DNA of 64,000 nt from Clostridia bacterium. GTDB taxonomy: Bacteria; Bacillota; Clostridia; Oscillospirales; CAG-272. Positions 41,440 through 52,025 of the stretch are shown here, one piece after another (positions within the stretch are counted from its first letter, which is position 1; every line of letters starts with the position of its first letter). The position numbers and the translations under genes were made by a program. The stretch covers positions 16,895 through 80,894 of the forward strand of contig JAFTKJ010000006.1 of assembly GCA_017453305.1 (NCBI GenBank), written 5' to 3'. Below the pieces are notes generated by a model that saw only the letters and a list, made by a program, of their open reading frames with translations, searched no databases and was not told where the DNA came from.

Positions 41440-41805
41440 GGAAGGGGCTTTTTTGAAAAAGCCCCTCCCACACCCTCCTCAAAAATTTTTGTCGGGGGTG
41501 TCTCAAATGCAAAATTTGAGACACCCCCGAAGGGGCTAGTCAGATTTAGGCGAGAATCGTCGATTTTGGGGCGTGAGGCGTACGAGGGTACGTCGAGCCC
41601 CAAAAGCGGCGATAGAAAAAGTCCGTAAATATTTGGAGAATTTCGAAGAAATTCAACCTTATCCTGTCTCATTTGTCGTTTTTGACGGCGAGCGGGACTT
41701 TTTTCTTTACGCCACGGGCTTTTTCGGTCTCGTCAAATGTGACAGCCCCGATCAAAGCGCTTGGGGTGTCGGGACCTTCTTGCAGAAGGTTCTAACAAAA
41801 AACAA
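41440..41805. repeat. mosaic palindromic (REP/MITE-like) intergenic element A
   Basis: Series of hairpins; GGGGTGTCGGGACCTT...AAGGT module shared with about 47260-47300; TGTCTCAAATGC...ATTTGAGACA shared with about 46640-46680. Confidence 0.7.
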
Positions 41806-41818
41806 TATCGCTACCCAA

Positions 41819-42604
41819 TCAGAGCATAAAGGTGCGGATGAAGTCACGGGTGAAGGCAACGCCGGCGTCGCCGAGCTCGCCTCTCCAGGTTGCGGAGTGG
41901 GGCTCGATGCTCAGGTCGCCCGTGTACTTTCTTGCATAGAGGATAGAGAAGAGGGGACGCCACAAAATGTCGTCCATACCTGCGGGGGGATCGTCCACCG
42001 CTCTTTTGCCTGCGTGGGTTGTGCCCTTGATGTGCACGTGTGCTACGCGCTCGCACCAATCCGAAAGCTCGGCGAGGTAGTCGTCGCCGCGGTTGTAGGT
42101 ATGAGAGGGGTCAAACTTGATGTAGAGATCGGGGTTTTCGCCAAGGACGATCTTCCAATGCTCGGGGGAGACGATAAAGTTATTCCAATTGCAGTTTTGA
42201 ATGGCGACCTTGATGCCTTTGCCCTTTGCGCGCTCGGTCAACGTGCCCAAAAACTCCAGCGCGTTGCAGTAGTTGCGCCACAGGCTGATGCTCTCGTCGT
42301 AGTTACAGCCGCAAACAAAGGTTTTTGCACCAAGCTCAACGGCGGTATCCAGCAGGGTGAGGTACTGCGCAGCCTTTTCTAGGTTGATGGTGCCGTTTTC
42401 CAGCACGCTGTGGTTCCATCTGCCCACACTGGAGACGTCAAGTCCCGTGCGTGCGATCTCTGCCTTTACGCTGTCCTTTGCGGCGATCAGACGGTCGGCA
42501 TCCTCGGCGTTGTTACAGCAGATCTCAATAAAATCCAAGCCGCTGTTTTTGACCAGATCAAAGCCCTGCGCGGTATAGTTGTTTTGAATTCTTCCAAGTC
42601 TCAT
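41819..42604 (-). CDS. sugar phosphate isomerase/epimerase (TIM barrel)
   Basis: FDPSH, HVHIKG, LSIEPH. Confidence 0.85.
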   Translation of the reverse strand: MRLGRIQNNYTAQGFDLVKNSGLDFIEICCNNAEDADRLIAAKDSVKAEIARTGLDVSSVGRWNHSVLENGTINLEKAAQYLTLLDTAVELGAKTFVCGCNYDESISLWRNYCNALEFLGTLTERAKGKGIKVAIQNCNWNNFIVSPEHWKIVLGENPDLYIKFDPSHTYNRGDDYLAELSDWCERVAHVHIKGTTHAGKRAVDDPPAGMDDILWRPLFSILYARKYTGDLSIEPHSATWRGELGDAGVAFTRDFIRTFML

Positions 42605-42891
42605 GATATCAAGCTCCTTTGCATCGTTCAAAATGCGACGGTCACTTGCCGCCGCGTATGTGTGGTTTACAGCATAATTATACACCAGCTTTTTGCAAAA
42701 TGCAATACGTATGTGCATAATTTTCTTCTTCTTCTTTTTTTGAGGAGGGGGTCAAAAAAAGTCTTGTTTTGTACCAAAAGAGCACCAAAAAGAGGAGCTC
42801 GATTTTAGAAAATTTGTGAAAAATGAACCTTGTTACCAAACGCCAAATGTGATATACTATTGGAAAGAAAATTCGGAGGTTTGATAAAAAA

Positions 42892-43977
42892 ATGAAGGAA
42901 GTATTGAAAAAGTACGCAAAGCGGTACTTCATTGATGCAATGGGAGCTATGGCGCTCGGTCTTTTTGCTTCCTTGCTCATCGGTACCATCTTTAACACCA
43001 TCGGTATGATCCCCGGGCTTTCCGTTATGTCCACCATCGGTAAGGGTGCACAGGCGGTTGCAGGCGCGGCAATGGCAATTGCAATTGCGGTCTCCCTCAA
43101 GGCAGATCCCTTAGTCGTTTACACCTGCGCGGCAGTCGGCTATCTTGCAAACGCAAACGGCGGCGCGGGCGGCCCCTTGGCAGTTCTCTTTATCGCCATC
43201 ATCGCCTCCGAGGTTGGCATGCTGGTATCCAAAAAGACCAAGGTCGATATTTTGGTCACCCCGTTCGTCACGCTTCTCGTAGGCGGTATTCTCAGCGTGT
43301 TCTGCGCGCCCTACATCGGTCAGCTGGTCGGCTTTGTCAGCAACTTTATCGGCTGGGCGACCACACAGCAGCCCTTCCTGATGGGCATTATCGTTTCCGT
43401 TGTGATCGGTGTTGCTCTGACCTTGCCTATCAGCTCGGCGGCGATCTGCGCGGCGATCTATCTTTCCGGTATGCCTGCGTTCGATGCCGCAGGTGAGTTG
43501 ATCCTGCGCGACTATGCAGGGCTTGCGCTGGCAGGCGGTGCCGCTGTGGCAGGCTGCTGCGCGCAGATGGTCGGCTTTGCCGTAATGAGCTTTAAGGAAA
43601 ACAAATGGGGCGGTCTTGTTTCGCAGGGAATTGGCACGAGCATGCTGCAGATGCCCAACATCATCAAAAATCCGCGCATTTGGATCCCCGCAACGTTGAC
43701 CAGCGCCATTACGGGACCGATTGCCACCTGCGTATTCCACATGCAAATGTACGGCGCGGCAATCAACTCGGGCATGGGTACGTGCGGACTTTTGGGCCCC
43801 ATCGGCATCATTTTGGGCTGGTTTGGCGGCTCTTATCCCGAAACGGTGACCGCAATGGATTGGATCGGACTGATCCTGATCTGCTTCATTCTTCCCGCGG
43901 TACTGACACTGGCGTTCAGCGAGCTTCTTTACAAGCTCAAGTGGATCAAGCCCGGCGACCTCAAGCTGCCGGAATAA
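42892..43977 (+). CDS. stand-alone PTS EIIC-like membrane protein
   Basis: MALGLFASLLIGTI, LTLPISSAAI, QGIGTSMLQMPNI, SGMGTCGL. Confidence 0.88.
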   Translation: MKEVLKKYAKRYFIDAMGAMALGLFASLLIGTIFNTIGMIPGLSVMSTIGKGAQAVAGAAMAIAIAVSLKADPLVVYTCAAVGYLANANGGAGGPLAVLFIAIIASEVGMLVSKKTKVDILVTPFVTLLVGGILSVFCAPYIGQLVGFVSNFIGWATTQQPFLMGIIVSVVIGVALTLPISSAAICAAIYLSGMPAFDAAGELILRDYAGLALAGGAAVAGCCAQMVGFAVMSFKENKWGGLVSQGIGTSMLQMPNIIKNPRIWIPATLTSAITGPIATCVFHMQMYGAAINSGMGTCGLLGPIGIILGWFGGSYPETVTAMDWIGLILICFILPAVLTLAFSELLYKLKWIKPGDLKLPE

Positions 43978-44161
43978 AAATAAAGAGGGGTGAGTCACGT
44001 GCGGTTGAATGCGGTGCTCACCCCTTGCGCCTTTTGTAGAAGGGCTGTTACAAAAAATTGCAAAAAAAATTGAAAAAAATTCCTCATGCTGTAAGATTTT
44101 GAATTGCTTTTGCGACTATATAGGTGAAAGGCCTTTTAAAACGATATAAGGAGGTGACCGT

Positions 44162-44713
44162 ATGAAGGACGAAAAAATCATTTTGCTGTATTGGGAGCGC
44201 AACGAAAGCGCCATTCGGGAAACCGAGCTGAAATACGGCAAATATTGCCACACCGTCGCCTACAATATTCTTCACTCGCACGAAGATGCCGACGAATGTG
44301 TCAACGACACCTGGAACGGCGCTTGGAACGCCATGCCTCCCCAAAAGCCGACCCGATTGCAGAGCTTTCTTGCTCGCATTACCCGAAATATTGCCATCGA
44401 CCGCGTTCGTTATGAAAGCGCGCAAAAGCGCGGTGCAGAGGTGGAGAGCGCCATTGACGAATATTGGGAATGCATTCCGAGCGAGGATGCCTCATTGGAG
44501 GACGAGATCGCGCTAAAGCAGGCAATCAACTCTTTTCTTGCTTGTCTTGATACCAAAACACGTGTGATATTCATGCGCAGATATTGGTACACGATGAGCG
44601 TCAAGGAGATTGCCGACGGTATGCACCTTTCGGAAAGTCACGTCAGCGTCGTCCTGCACAGAACCAGACGCAAATTCAAAGATTATCTTACAAAGGAAGG
44701 GATATTTGTATGA
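44162..44713 (+). CDS. ECF sigma-70 factor
   Basis: DEKIILLYWERNESAI, DADECVNDTW, region-4 HTH. Confidence 0.92.
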   Translation: MKDEKIILLYWERNESAIRETELKYGKYCHTVAYNILHSHEDADECVNDTWNGAWNAMPPQKPTRLQSFLARITRNIAIDRVRYESAQKRGAEVESAIDEYWECIPSEDASLEDEIALKQAINSFLACLDTKTRVIFMRRYWYTMSVKEIADGMHLSESHVSVVLHRTRRKFKDYLTKEGIFV

Positions 44714-46614
44714 AGAAAAAGAATTGGTATCGCAGCCTCAGCCTTGCCGACGATCAATATATTGCCGAGGCACATCCCGCTCACGTCATCCATCCAAACA
44801 GATCAAAGGTGATCGTTTCGCTTGTGGCGGCATGCGCGTGCCTCGCACTCATTTTTGGCAGCTTGTGGCTCTTCATTCCGTTTGACACTACACCACCCGA
44901 CGTATCGCGGTATGCGCAAAGCGAATATTACGAAATCATTCAAAAATTGAACGCGCTCACGTTCCAACCGCCCAAATATAAAAACAATGCCGAAAAGCTT
45001 TGGGCAGGGATCAAAACATTTCACCTGAATTTTGATGCCGCCGGTGAAGCCATTCCCGAAGATAATTCAGCAACAGATGGAATAAACAAATATCAAGAAA
45101 TCACCGACAACCAGGTAGCAGGCATTGTTGAAGCCGACCGCATCAAGCGGAGTGATACACACATTTATTTTTTGGATGATCAAACGCTTCGTATCTTCTC
45201 CATCGACAAAGAAAACACAAAAGAGGTTGGCAACTACTGGATCAGCGGTGCATTTGGCGAATTTTATCTTTCGGACGATTGCAAAACCATAACGGTGGTA
45301 ACTCAATATTATAAAAAATCCGATAGCAACTATGACCGTTACGTTGGTCTGATCGCACTTGACGTCAGTGATCCTGCCAAGATTGTCCAAAAAGAGGAAT
45401 TCACTGTTTCGGGGGCTTATATGTCCTCCCGCAAGGTGGGCGGCAGCATTCTGCTTTTGACAGAATTCGCGCTCCACAGGCAAGAGCTTGATTTTGACGA
45501 CGAGAGCACCTTTCTTCCCCAAATTGACGAAGGAAACGGCTCATACAGCATTCCCGTCGACGGCATCGTATTCCCCGAAAACCTGAACAACACGCGCTAT
45601 ACGGTAGTGATGAAGTTAGATGAGAATACGCTTGCTCTCAAGGGTACCGCAGCCTATCTCTCTTACTCCGAGGACGTGTACGTTTCCATGGAGCACGTTT
45701 TTCTGACGCATGTGTTTGCCGACGAAAAGGAAAGCGGGGACGGGAAAACCACGAGAAACTCCATGACAAAGATCTCTTGCCTGACCTATGGTGGTGATCA
45801 CTTTGAGGAAAAAGGAAATGTAACGGTTAGAGGTTACGTCAAGGATCAATGGAGCATGGATGAGTACGAAGGGATTCTTCGCGTTTTCACTACCACCAAC
45901 GCCACGACCATTCGGGAGCATGTCTATCAAAACGGTACCGTGTCTGCAGAGATTCTGCAAACGGCAACCGGAAATTCTAATGCAAGCCTTTATTGCATCG
46001 ATCTTTCCACATTCGAGGTCGTAGCGTCTGTAATCGATTTTGCCCCTCCGCGCGAGGAAATACAATCGGTAAGATTCGATCAGAAAACGGCATACGTTTG
46101 CACGTCTATCGAGCTCTCCGACCCCGTATTCTTCTTTGATCTTTCCAATCTTGACAACATCACTTATAAGGACACCGGTACGATCGAGGGGTTTTCCACC
46201 TCGCTGATCAACCTTGGAAACGGGTATTTGCTTGGCATCGGCAGAGGCGACAGTGCTAGGAGTTTTAAGGTTGAAGTGTACGAAGAAGCCGAAAATGGCG
46301 TTCGTTCCGTTTGCGCGTACGAGCTTGAACTCACATACTATTCCACCGACTATAAATCCTATTACGTAGACCGCAAAAATCAGCTTGTTGGTGTTGGCAT
46401 TATTGATAGGAGCGATTATGCCACGGATCAATATTCGGGCGGAGTAAGCCGATATATCCTTTTGTATTTTGACGGATACGAGCTTGTAGAGCTTTTGAAC
46501 GTACCGCTTGACGGTGATCCTTCCGATATGCGCGGCGTTTATATTGACGGCTATATGTATCTGTTTGGATCAAACGACTTTAAAGTGCGAAGCGTTTCGC
46601 TTCCAAAGCCGTAA
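44710..46614 (+). CDS. putative anti-sigma factor with secreted beta-propeller domain
   Basis: ATGA overlap; TM segment VAACACLAL; NQVAGIVEADRIK, DQWSMDEY, IEGFSTSL. Confidence 0.8.
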   Translation: MKKKNWYRSLSLADDQYIAEAHPAHVIHPNRSKVIVSLVAACACLALIFGSLWLFIPFDTTPPDVSRYAQSEYYEIIQKLNALTFQPPKYKNNAEKLWAGIKTFHLNFDAAGEAIPEDNSATDGINKYQEITDNQVAGIVEADRIKRSDTHIYFLDDQTLRIFSIDKENTKEVGNYWISGAFGEFYLSDDCKTITVVTQYYKKSDSNYDRYVGLIALDVSDPAKIVQKEEFTVSGAYMSSRKVGGSILLLTEFALHRQELDFDDESTFLPQIDEGNGSYSIPVDGIVFPENLNNTRYTVVMKLDENTLALKGTAAYLSYSEDVYVSMEHVFLTHVFADEKESGDGKTTRNSMTKISCLTYGGDHFEEKGNVTVRGYVKDQWSMDEYEGILRVFTTTNATTIREHVYQNGTVSAEILQTATGNSNASLYCIDLSTFEVVASVIDFAPPREEIQSVRFDQKTAYVCTSIELSDPVFFFDLSNLDNITYKDTGTIEGFSTSLINLGNGYLLGIGRGDSARSFKVEVYEEAENGVRSVCAYELELTYYSTDYKSYYVDRKNQLVGVGIIDRSDYATDQYSGGVSRYILLYFDGYELVELLNVPLDGDPSDMRGVYIDGYMYLFGSNDFKVRSVSLPKP

Positions 46615-46635
46615 AATCCTGCATTCATCAAACAA

Positions 46636-47305
46636 AAGGGGCTGTCTCAAATGCGATAAAAAGCATTTGAGACAGCCCCTTGGCTCGCGCCGCTTCGCTA
46701 CGCCGGTCCCTACAGGTTTGTGCGAATTTTGCGCGGTGTGCACAGAGGGGGCTCCCATGATAGAGGATGCAACTTTTCCTTTGGAAAGCTATTGGTAATC
46801 CTTCGTAGATCCCGCTTCGGCACAAGTGCCTCGCGCTTTTGCTTGCTCGAGCGCCTGCGGCTTCTCTCGACTCGCAAAAGTTCGGCTTCGTTCGCCGCAC
46901 ACGGCTCTCTCCGCTCAGGATGACACGTTAGAGGTAATACGGCGCGAACAAAATCATTTTCCATCGCCAAACAACTCTCTGAACGAGCAGGGGCTTGGAG
47001 GTGCCTGCGAGTTGGCGGGAGCCGAGCGCGACGAATGGAGCGCGCCGAAAAGTGATTCGATTGCTAACAAGTTCAATGCACAAAACAAAACGGGAGAGCA
47101 CGAACTCTCCCATTTTTACTTTCAAGAACTTCCTCTTTGGGGAAGTTCATGAAGGGGTGTGGGGGGACGCACGCGTTTCGCCGGCGAAACCGTGCCGTAG
47201 CAACGGAACGTTGCGATGTTTTTCTCAAGAAGTCCCCCCACAAAAAAGCGTTAAAAGTTTTGGGGGTGTCGGGACCTTTTTCAAAAGGTCCTGACAAAAA
47301 CCTCC
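46636..47305. repeat. mosaic palindromic (REP/MITE-like) intergenic element B
   Basis: About 46950-47170 is an inverted homologue of about 62705-62925; also contains CCCTAC and CGCTCAGGATGAC REP-like half-motifs and many hairpins. Confidence 0.8.
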
Positions 47306-47351
47306 AAGATTTTATCACGCATATTTCCTATGCCACTATTACCGAGTTTTG

Positions 47352-48995
47352 TCAAATCGCACTCGCCGATGCGTTCAGGCTCCACTTGTTCAGGGCGGCG
47401 ATTTGATCGGTTGAGGTATCGATGCCTAAAAGGCCGAGATATTCATCGCCCGAGGGATAGAGTCTGTTAAAGGGAAGAATGACCTCTGCAAGCTCCTCGA
47501 TGACGTCGACCTCACCGTTGACGTACGCGAGCAGACGCTCACGGCAGGAGCGCAGACGCATGGCAAGACCGCCCAAGCGGAGCTCCTGCACGTCAAAGCC
47601 AAAGGGCTTGTTTTCGGTGTGCCACAGCTTGAAAAAGGCGCGGTAGAAGGTCTCCAGCTTTTCGGAGGCGAGGGCATAGTCGTCACACAGTGCGGCAAGC
47701 GCCTGCTTGTCGCCTGCTTGGTACGCCGCTCTGGTGCGCACGCCAAGGTCGTACTTGACCGACATCAGATCACACAGCGCTGCCTCACTTTCAAAAATGT
47801 AAGCATACTTTTTGCTGTTTTTTGCATAGGAGGCGAGCAGCTTTGCGTGCTCGGCATACTCGGCGGGCGCGTAGGGCTTTGCGGTGGAATCCATAAAGCC
47901 GCCGAAGGGATCGTTGTAGAGCATGTGCTTGGAGGGGTTGGTGTCGCGCTGACAAACGCCGCCCAAAACGTCGGGCAGATCCAACGCCATCATCTCATCA
48001 AAACGCTCGCCCGTCAGCTCGTAAAACTCCTTTTTGATCACGTCCATATCACTCACACCGTCATAGATTCTGCGAACGGCGTACAGCGCGGGGAGCGCGG
48101 AGTAGAAGGAGGTCTCCTTGCCGTTGTCGCCCCACATGGTCAAAAAGATGTTTTCAATGTTCTGCTCGGCGCAGGACTGCATCGCAGGGGTCATGCTTTC
48201 AATGGTCCAGGAGTTTACGGGTGCAAAGCCGCTCCAGGTCCATGCACCGCCTGCAAACCAGGTCTCCCCACGGAACTTTTTGTGCGATGCCAGCATATTA
48301 TCGTACACTTTTTTATCGTTGTGATAGTAATCCCAATATACAATGTCAACGCCCTCGGGGCAGGAGGCAACGACCTCGTCGGTGATCAGATCCTCGGTAG
48401 CAAAGTACTCGCCGCTGTTGACCAAGCGGAAGAACATATCCGACCACATGATGGGGCGGAAGCCGTATTTTTTTGCAATCTCCAATACGCGCTCCAAATG
48501 CTCGTGAATGATATCAAAGCGATTGCGGAAGCCATGCTTTTCAAGGTATTTTCCAAGGCCGAGCATGTGTGCCTCGTCCATACCCACGTGAATGATATCG
48601 GTGGTAAAGCACTCGCGCAGGGTTTTGATCATGCGCTCGATCAGCTCGTAGGTGCGTTTCTCGCCCACCATCAAAATGTCGTCCGCATCGCGGATCTCGC
48701 GGTAGGTGTTCCAATGAAAGATCTGATTGAGGTGTGCCAGCGTTTGAATGCAGGGAATGATCTCCACGCCAATGGAATTGCAGTAGGAAACAACGTCGCG
48801 CAGCTCCTCCTTGGTGTATCTGCCGCGCAGATAGCCAATGTAAGGCTCGCCCTCTACCTCGTAGGTATCCTCGGTATAAAGCTGGATCATATTATAGCCA
48901 AAGGAGTGCAGCAGCGTTGCCATGCGCTTGATCTCCTCGGGCTTCATAACTGCGTTTCTCGACATGTCGAGCATTACGCCAAAACGGTTTGCCAT
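47352..48995 (-). CDS. glycoside hydrolase family 20 beta-N-acetylhexosaminidase
   Basis: GVMLDMSRN, LYTEDTY, PCIQTLAH, HVGMDEA, MWSDMF. Confidence 0.9.
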   Translation of the reverse strand: MANRFGVMLDMSRNAVMKPEEIKRMATLLHSFGYNMIQLYTEDTYEVEGEPYIGYLRGRYTKEELRDVVSYCNSIGVEIIPCIQTLAHLNQIFHWNTYREIRDADDILMVGEKRTYELIERMIKTLRECFTTDIIHVGMDEAHMLGLGKYLEKHGFRNRFDIIHEHLERVLEIAKKYGFRPIMWSDMFFRLVNSGEYFATEDLITDEVVASCPEGVDIVYWDYYHNDKKVYDNMLASHKKFRGETWFAGGAWTWSGFAPVNSWTIESMTPAMQSCAEQNIENIFLTMWGDNGKETSFYSALPALYAVRRIYDGVSDMDVIKKEFYELTGERFDEMMALDLPDVLGGVCQRDTNPSKHMLYNDPFGGFMDSTAKPYAPAEYAEHAKLLASYAKNSKKYAYIFESEAALCDLMSVKYDLGVRTRAAYQAGDKQALAALCDDYALASEKLETFYRAFFKLWHTENKPFGFDVQELRLGGLAMRLRSCRERLLAYVNGEVDVIEELAEVILPFNRLYPSGDEYLGLLGIDTSTDQIAALNKWSLNASASAI

Positions 48996-49190
48996 GATAA
49001 AAACCTCCCTTAAATTCACATTATTCATATTATAGCATACTATCTGCAAAAAATCAACTTTAAATTTGGATATCGCAATTCAAGCCTTTGATTTTCCCGT
49101 TTTCGGAATTTGGAATTCCAAAAATGGATCAAAAAACAGAAAAATGCGAAATAAAATACCAAAAACGGAAAAATATATTTGAAAAAGTAC

Positions 49191-49219
49191 TTGACAAATA
49201 CAAAAAAAAGAGGTATAAT
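49191..49219 (+). promoter_or_regulatory. sigma-A promoter of recA
   Basis: TTGACA-N17-TATAAT. Confidence 0.8.
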
Positions 49220-49287
49220 GAGGGCAATCAAGTTCCAAAAAAAGAAAAAGCGGAGCTCAAACGCGCCGCGAGAAAGGATTCATCATT

Positions 49288-50421
49288 ATGGCATCTACAA
49301 AAAAGGCAAAGCTGGCAGTGCCTACCGGTCTTGACGAGGCGGGAAGAAAGCAGGCGCTCAAAACCGCCATGACGCAGATCGAGCGCGACTTTGGCGCGGG
49401 ATCGATCATGAAGCTTGGCGAAAACTCGCACATGGAGATTCAGGCAATCCATACAGGTTCACTCTCTTTGGATTTTGCACTCGGTATCGGCGGTGTTCCG
49501 CGCGGAAGAATCGTAGAGATCTTTGGTCCCGAATCCTCCGGTAAGACCACGGTTGCATTGCATATTTTGGCAGAGGTGCAAAAAACGGGCGGAACTGCTG
49601 CGTTCATCGATGCGGAGCACGCGCTGGATCCCGTCTATGCAAAGGCACTTGGCGTAGATATCAACGAGCTGTTGGTTTCTCAGCCCGATTGCGGCGAGGA
49701 TGCTTTGGAGATCTGCGAGGCGTTGGCGCGTTCCGGTGCGGTGGATGCCATTGTCATCGACTCGGTTGCGGCACTCGTACCCCGTCAGGAGATCGAGGGC
49801 GACATGGGTCAATCGATGGTTGGCGTGCAGGCAAGAATGATGTCGCAGGCAATGCGTAAGCTCTCGGGCGTCATTTCCAAGAGCAATTGCGTGGTTGTTT
49901 TTATCAACCAGATCCGCGAAAAGGTTGGCGTTATTTACGGCAACCCCGAAACCACGCCCGGCGGTCGCGCGCTTAAGTTCTTTGCCTCTGTGCGCATCGA
50001 TATCCGCAAGACCGAGCAGTTGAAGGACGGCAACGACGTATACGGCAACCACGTTAAGTGCAAGATCGTAAAAAATAAGGTGGCACCTCCGTTCCGTGTT
50101 GCGGAATTCGATATTCTGTACGGTAAGGGCATTTCGCTTTCCGGTGAGGTCCTCGATTTTGCAATCGCATTGGATATCATCAAAAAGAGCGGCTCCTGGT
50201 TCTCCTATAATGGAGAGAGAATTGGACAGGGCAAGGAGAACATTCGTAAAATGATCGAGGGCAATCCTGCCATGATGAGTGAAATTGAGGAAAAGGTTCG
50301 CCGCATGAGCGAGGAAGCCAAGCTGACCATGGACCAAGACTTTGAGGTTGACGACGAGGACGAGGATGACGACGAGTTCGATCTGCGCCTTGGTAGCAAC
50401 GGCTGCGACGATGACGAGTGA
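49288..50421 (+). CDS. recA: recombinase RecA
   Basis: [40 protein letters not shown]. Confidence 0.99.
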   Translation: MASTKKAKLAVPTGLDEAGRKQALKTAMTQIERDFGAGSIMKLGENSHMEIQAIHTGSLSLDFALGIGGVPRGRIVEIFGPESSGKTTVALHILAEVQKTGGTAAFIDAEHALDPVYAKALGVDINELLVSQPDCGEDALEICEALARSGAVDAIVIDSVAALVPRQEIEGDMGQSMVGVQARMMSQAMRKLSGVISKSNCVVVFINQIREKVGVIYGNPETTPGGRALKFFASVRIDIRKTEQLKDGNDVYGNHVKCKIVKNKVAPPFRVAEFDILYGKGISLSGEVLDFAIALDIIKKSGSWFSYNGERIGQGKENIRKMIEGNPAMMSEIEEKVRRMSEEAKLTMDQDFEVDDEDEDDDEFDLRLGSNGCDDDE

Positions 50422-51085
50422 AGCAATTGATCCCGTACGCTCCGGTGCACCGCTGACCATCACCGTTCGTTCCTTGCGCGCGCAAAGCGAAGGGGCAGAG
50501 ATGCTGTTGCAGATCCTTTTGGAGGACGGCGAGCACCGGGAGCACAAAACGCTGATTCTGACCACCGAGCAATACTGCGAACTCAAGCCGCAACGAGGCG
50601 TGATCTCCGAGGAGGCGTATGAACGACTTGAGGAGGCGGCACAGCTCTGTCGTGCCTTGCGAAGCGGAGAAAATCTGCTTTCCTACGGCTCCAATTCCGT
50701 GCAAATGCTGTCGCGTAAGCTGATGCAACGTGGATATTCCCGTGAGGTCGCCACACTTGCCGCCGAGCACTTGGCACTAAGAGGCTTGATCAACGAGGAA
50801 CGCGACATGCAGCGCGAGGTGGAAAAATGTCTGCGCAAGCTTTGGGGTGCAAAACGCATCAGCTCACATTTATGGAGTCGCGGCTTTGCCGCCGACGCCA
50901 TGCAAGGTCTTTCAGAACTTTTAGAAGAGATCGACTTTGAGCAAAATTGCGCTACGCTGATCCAAAAACACTACGGTGGCGTCCCCGACGATGCAGACGA
51001 CCGTCGCCGCATGGTTGCGGGACTTTCGAGATATGGATATTCCATCAGCGAGATCCGTGGAGCAATGAAGTCGTTGCAAGCATAA
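50411..51085 (+). CDS. recX: regulatory protein RecX
   Basis: Overlaps the recA stop; [16 protein letters not shown]...LWSRGF, LSRYGYS. Confidence 0.88.
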   Translation: MTSEAIDPVRSGAPLTITVRSLRAQSEGAEMLLQILLEDGEHREHKTLILTTEQYCELKPQRGVISEEAYERLEEAAQLCRALRSGENLLSYGSNSVQMLSRKLMQRGYSREVATLAAEHLALRGLINEERDMQREVEKCLRKLWGAKRISSHLWSRGFAADAMQGLSELLEEIDFEQNCATLIQKHYGGVPDDADDRRRMVAGLSRYGYSISEIRGAMKSLQA

Positions 51086-51100
51086 ACCTTAAAATTGCAA

Positions 51101-51553
51101 ATGCGCAAAGGGGTAAAAGCCGTGAGAAAGTGCGAACTTTTACAGCAAAAAGCCAAGGAGGAGGGGCTTCCTCCTTACATGTATCAACCATATCACGAGC
51201 CTCTCATGCCAACGTCGGCATGGGAGGTATTGCCGTCCCATTATGAGGAGCACGTCAAGGAGAAAAATGCAAAGGTGTGTGCCTTGATGCGCGAAATGAG
51301 TGAGTGCGAAGCATTTGTATTTTTTGCAGATGCGCATGTTCGCCAAAACAGTATGGCGTCGGTGCCCATCATCCGCTCGATCCTGGAAAATACCGAGGTC
51401 AAAAAGGTGATTTACGGTGGTGATACCGTCAGCGATAGCCTTTTGGACGTGATCCTGATCGATTGCACAAGCGGACGCATTCAAAGCGTGCGCTACGGCG
51501 GAGGAAAAGACCGCATTATTAGAGAAGCAACTGAATCAAATGTCGGGAGCTGA
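51101..51553 (+). pseudogene. calcineurin-like metallophosphoesterase with an apparent in-frame internal deletion
   Basis: FADAH and YGGD motifs run straight into a C-terminal DVILID...VRYGGGKDR; GNH and GHxH motifs are absent. Start uncertain. Confidence 0.55.
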
Positions 51554-51607
51554 GGCAAAATGCCTCAGCTCCTTTTTTAGTGCGGAGGAGAGGAACTCTC
51601 CTCCGCT
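51545..51607. terminator. back-to-back terminators between the recA region and the capsid operon
   Basis: GGAGCTGAGGCA-aaa-TGCCTCAGCTCC-T7, then GCGGAGGAGAG-gaa-CTCTCCTCCGC. Confidence 0.8.
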
Positions 51608-51615
51608 GAAAATTA

Positions 51616-52014
51616 TCAGATCAAGCCGTAGCGGTCGCTGATCGGTTCGCAAACGCAGGGCAACTCCTGACGAATTGCAAGGATCATGTCGATGTAGTGG
51701 TCAAAGAAACGGTCGCTCAGCTCTTCATTTTCATCAATGGTGAGCTGCGAGGCAAGGTAGCTGACTGCCGCAGGGACAAACACGTCGCTCAAGGGAAATG
51801 CATCGCTCAGCGAAACGCAGACCGTGTCAGTTGCAACCTCGACCTCGGGGATCTTGTGCGCCAAACGGTATTGTCGATCAGCGTTTGCGTACAATCCGAC
51901 AAAGCTTGCCAAAAGGTAAGGTGCACGTTCCGTATAGTCGGTCAGACTTGCCGAAGTTCTCGTGCTTTCACATGCCGCCAGCGTTGCACTGTCCAAAATG
52001 TCCTGGTAGGTCAT
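51616..52014 (-). CDS. putative head-completion / head-tail adaptor protein
   Basis: Follows the coat gene; 132 aa; MTYQDI start and FVPAAVSYLASQL helix typical of adaptors. Largely a positional call. Confidence 0.55.
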   Translation of the reverse strand: MTYQDILDSATLAACESTRTSASLTDYTERAPYLLASFVGLYANADRQYRLAHKIPEVEVATDTVCVSLSDAFPLSDVFVPAAVSYLASQLTIDENEELSDRFFDHYIDMILAIRQELPCVCEPISDRYGLI

Positions 52015-52025
52015 GTGTTACCTCA

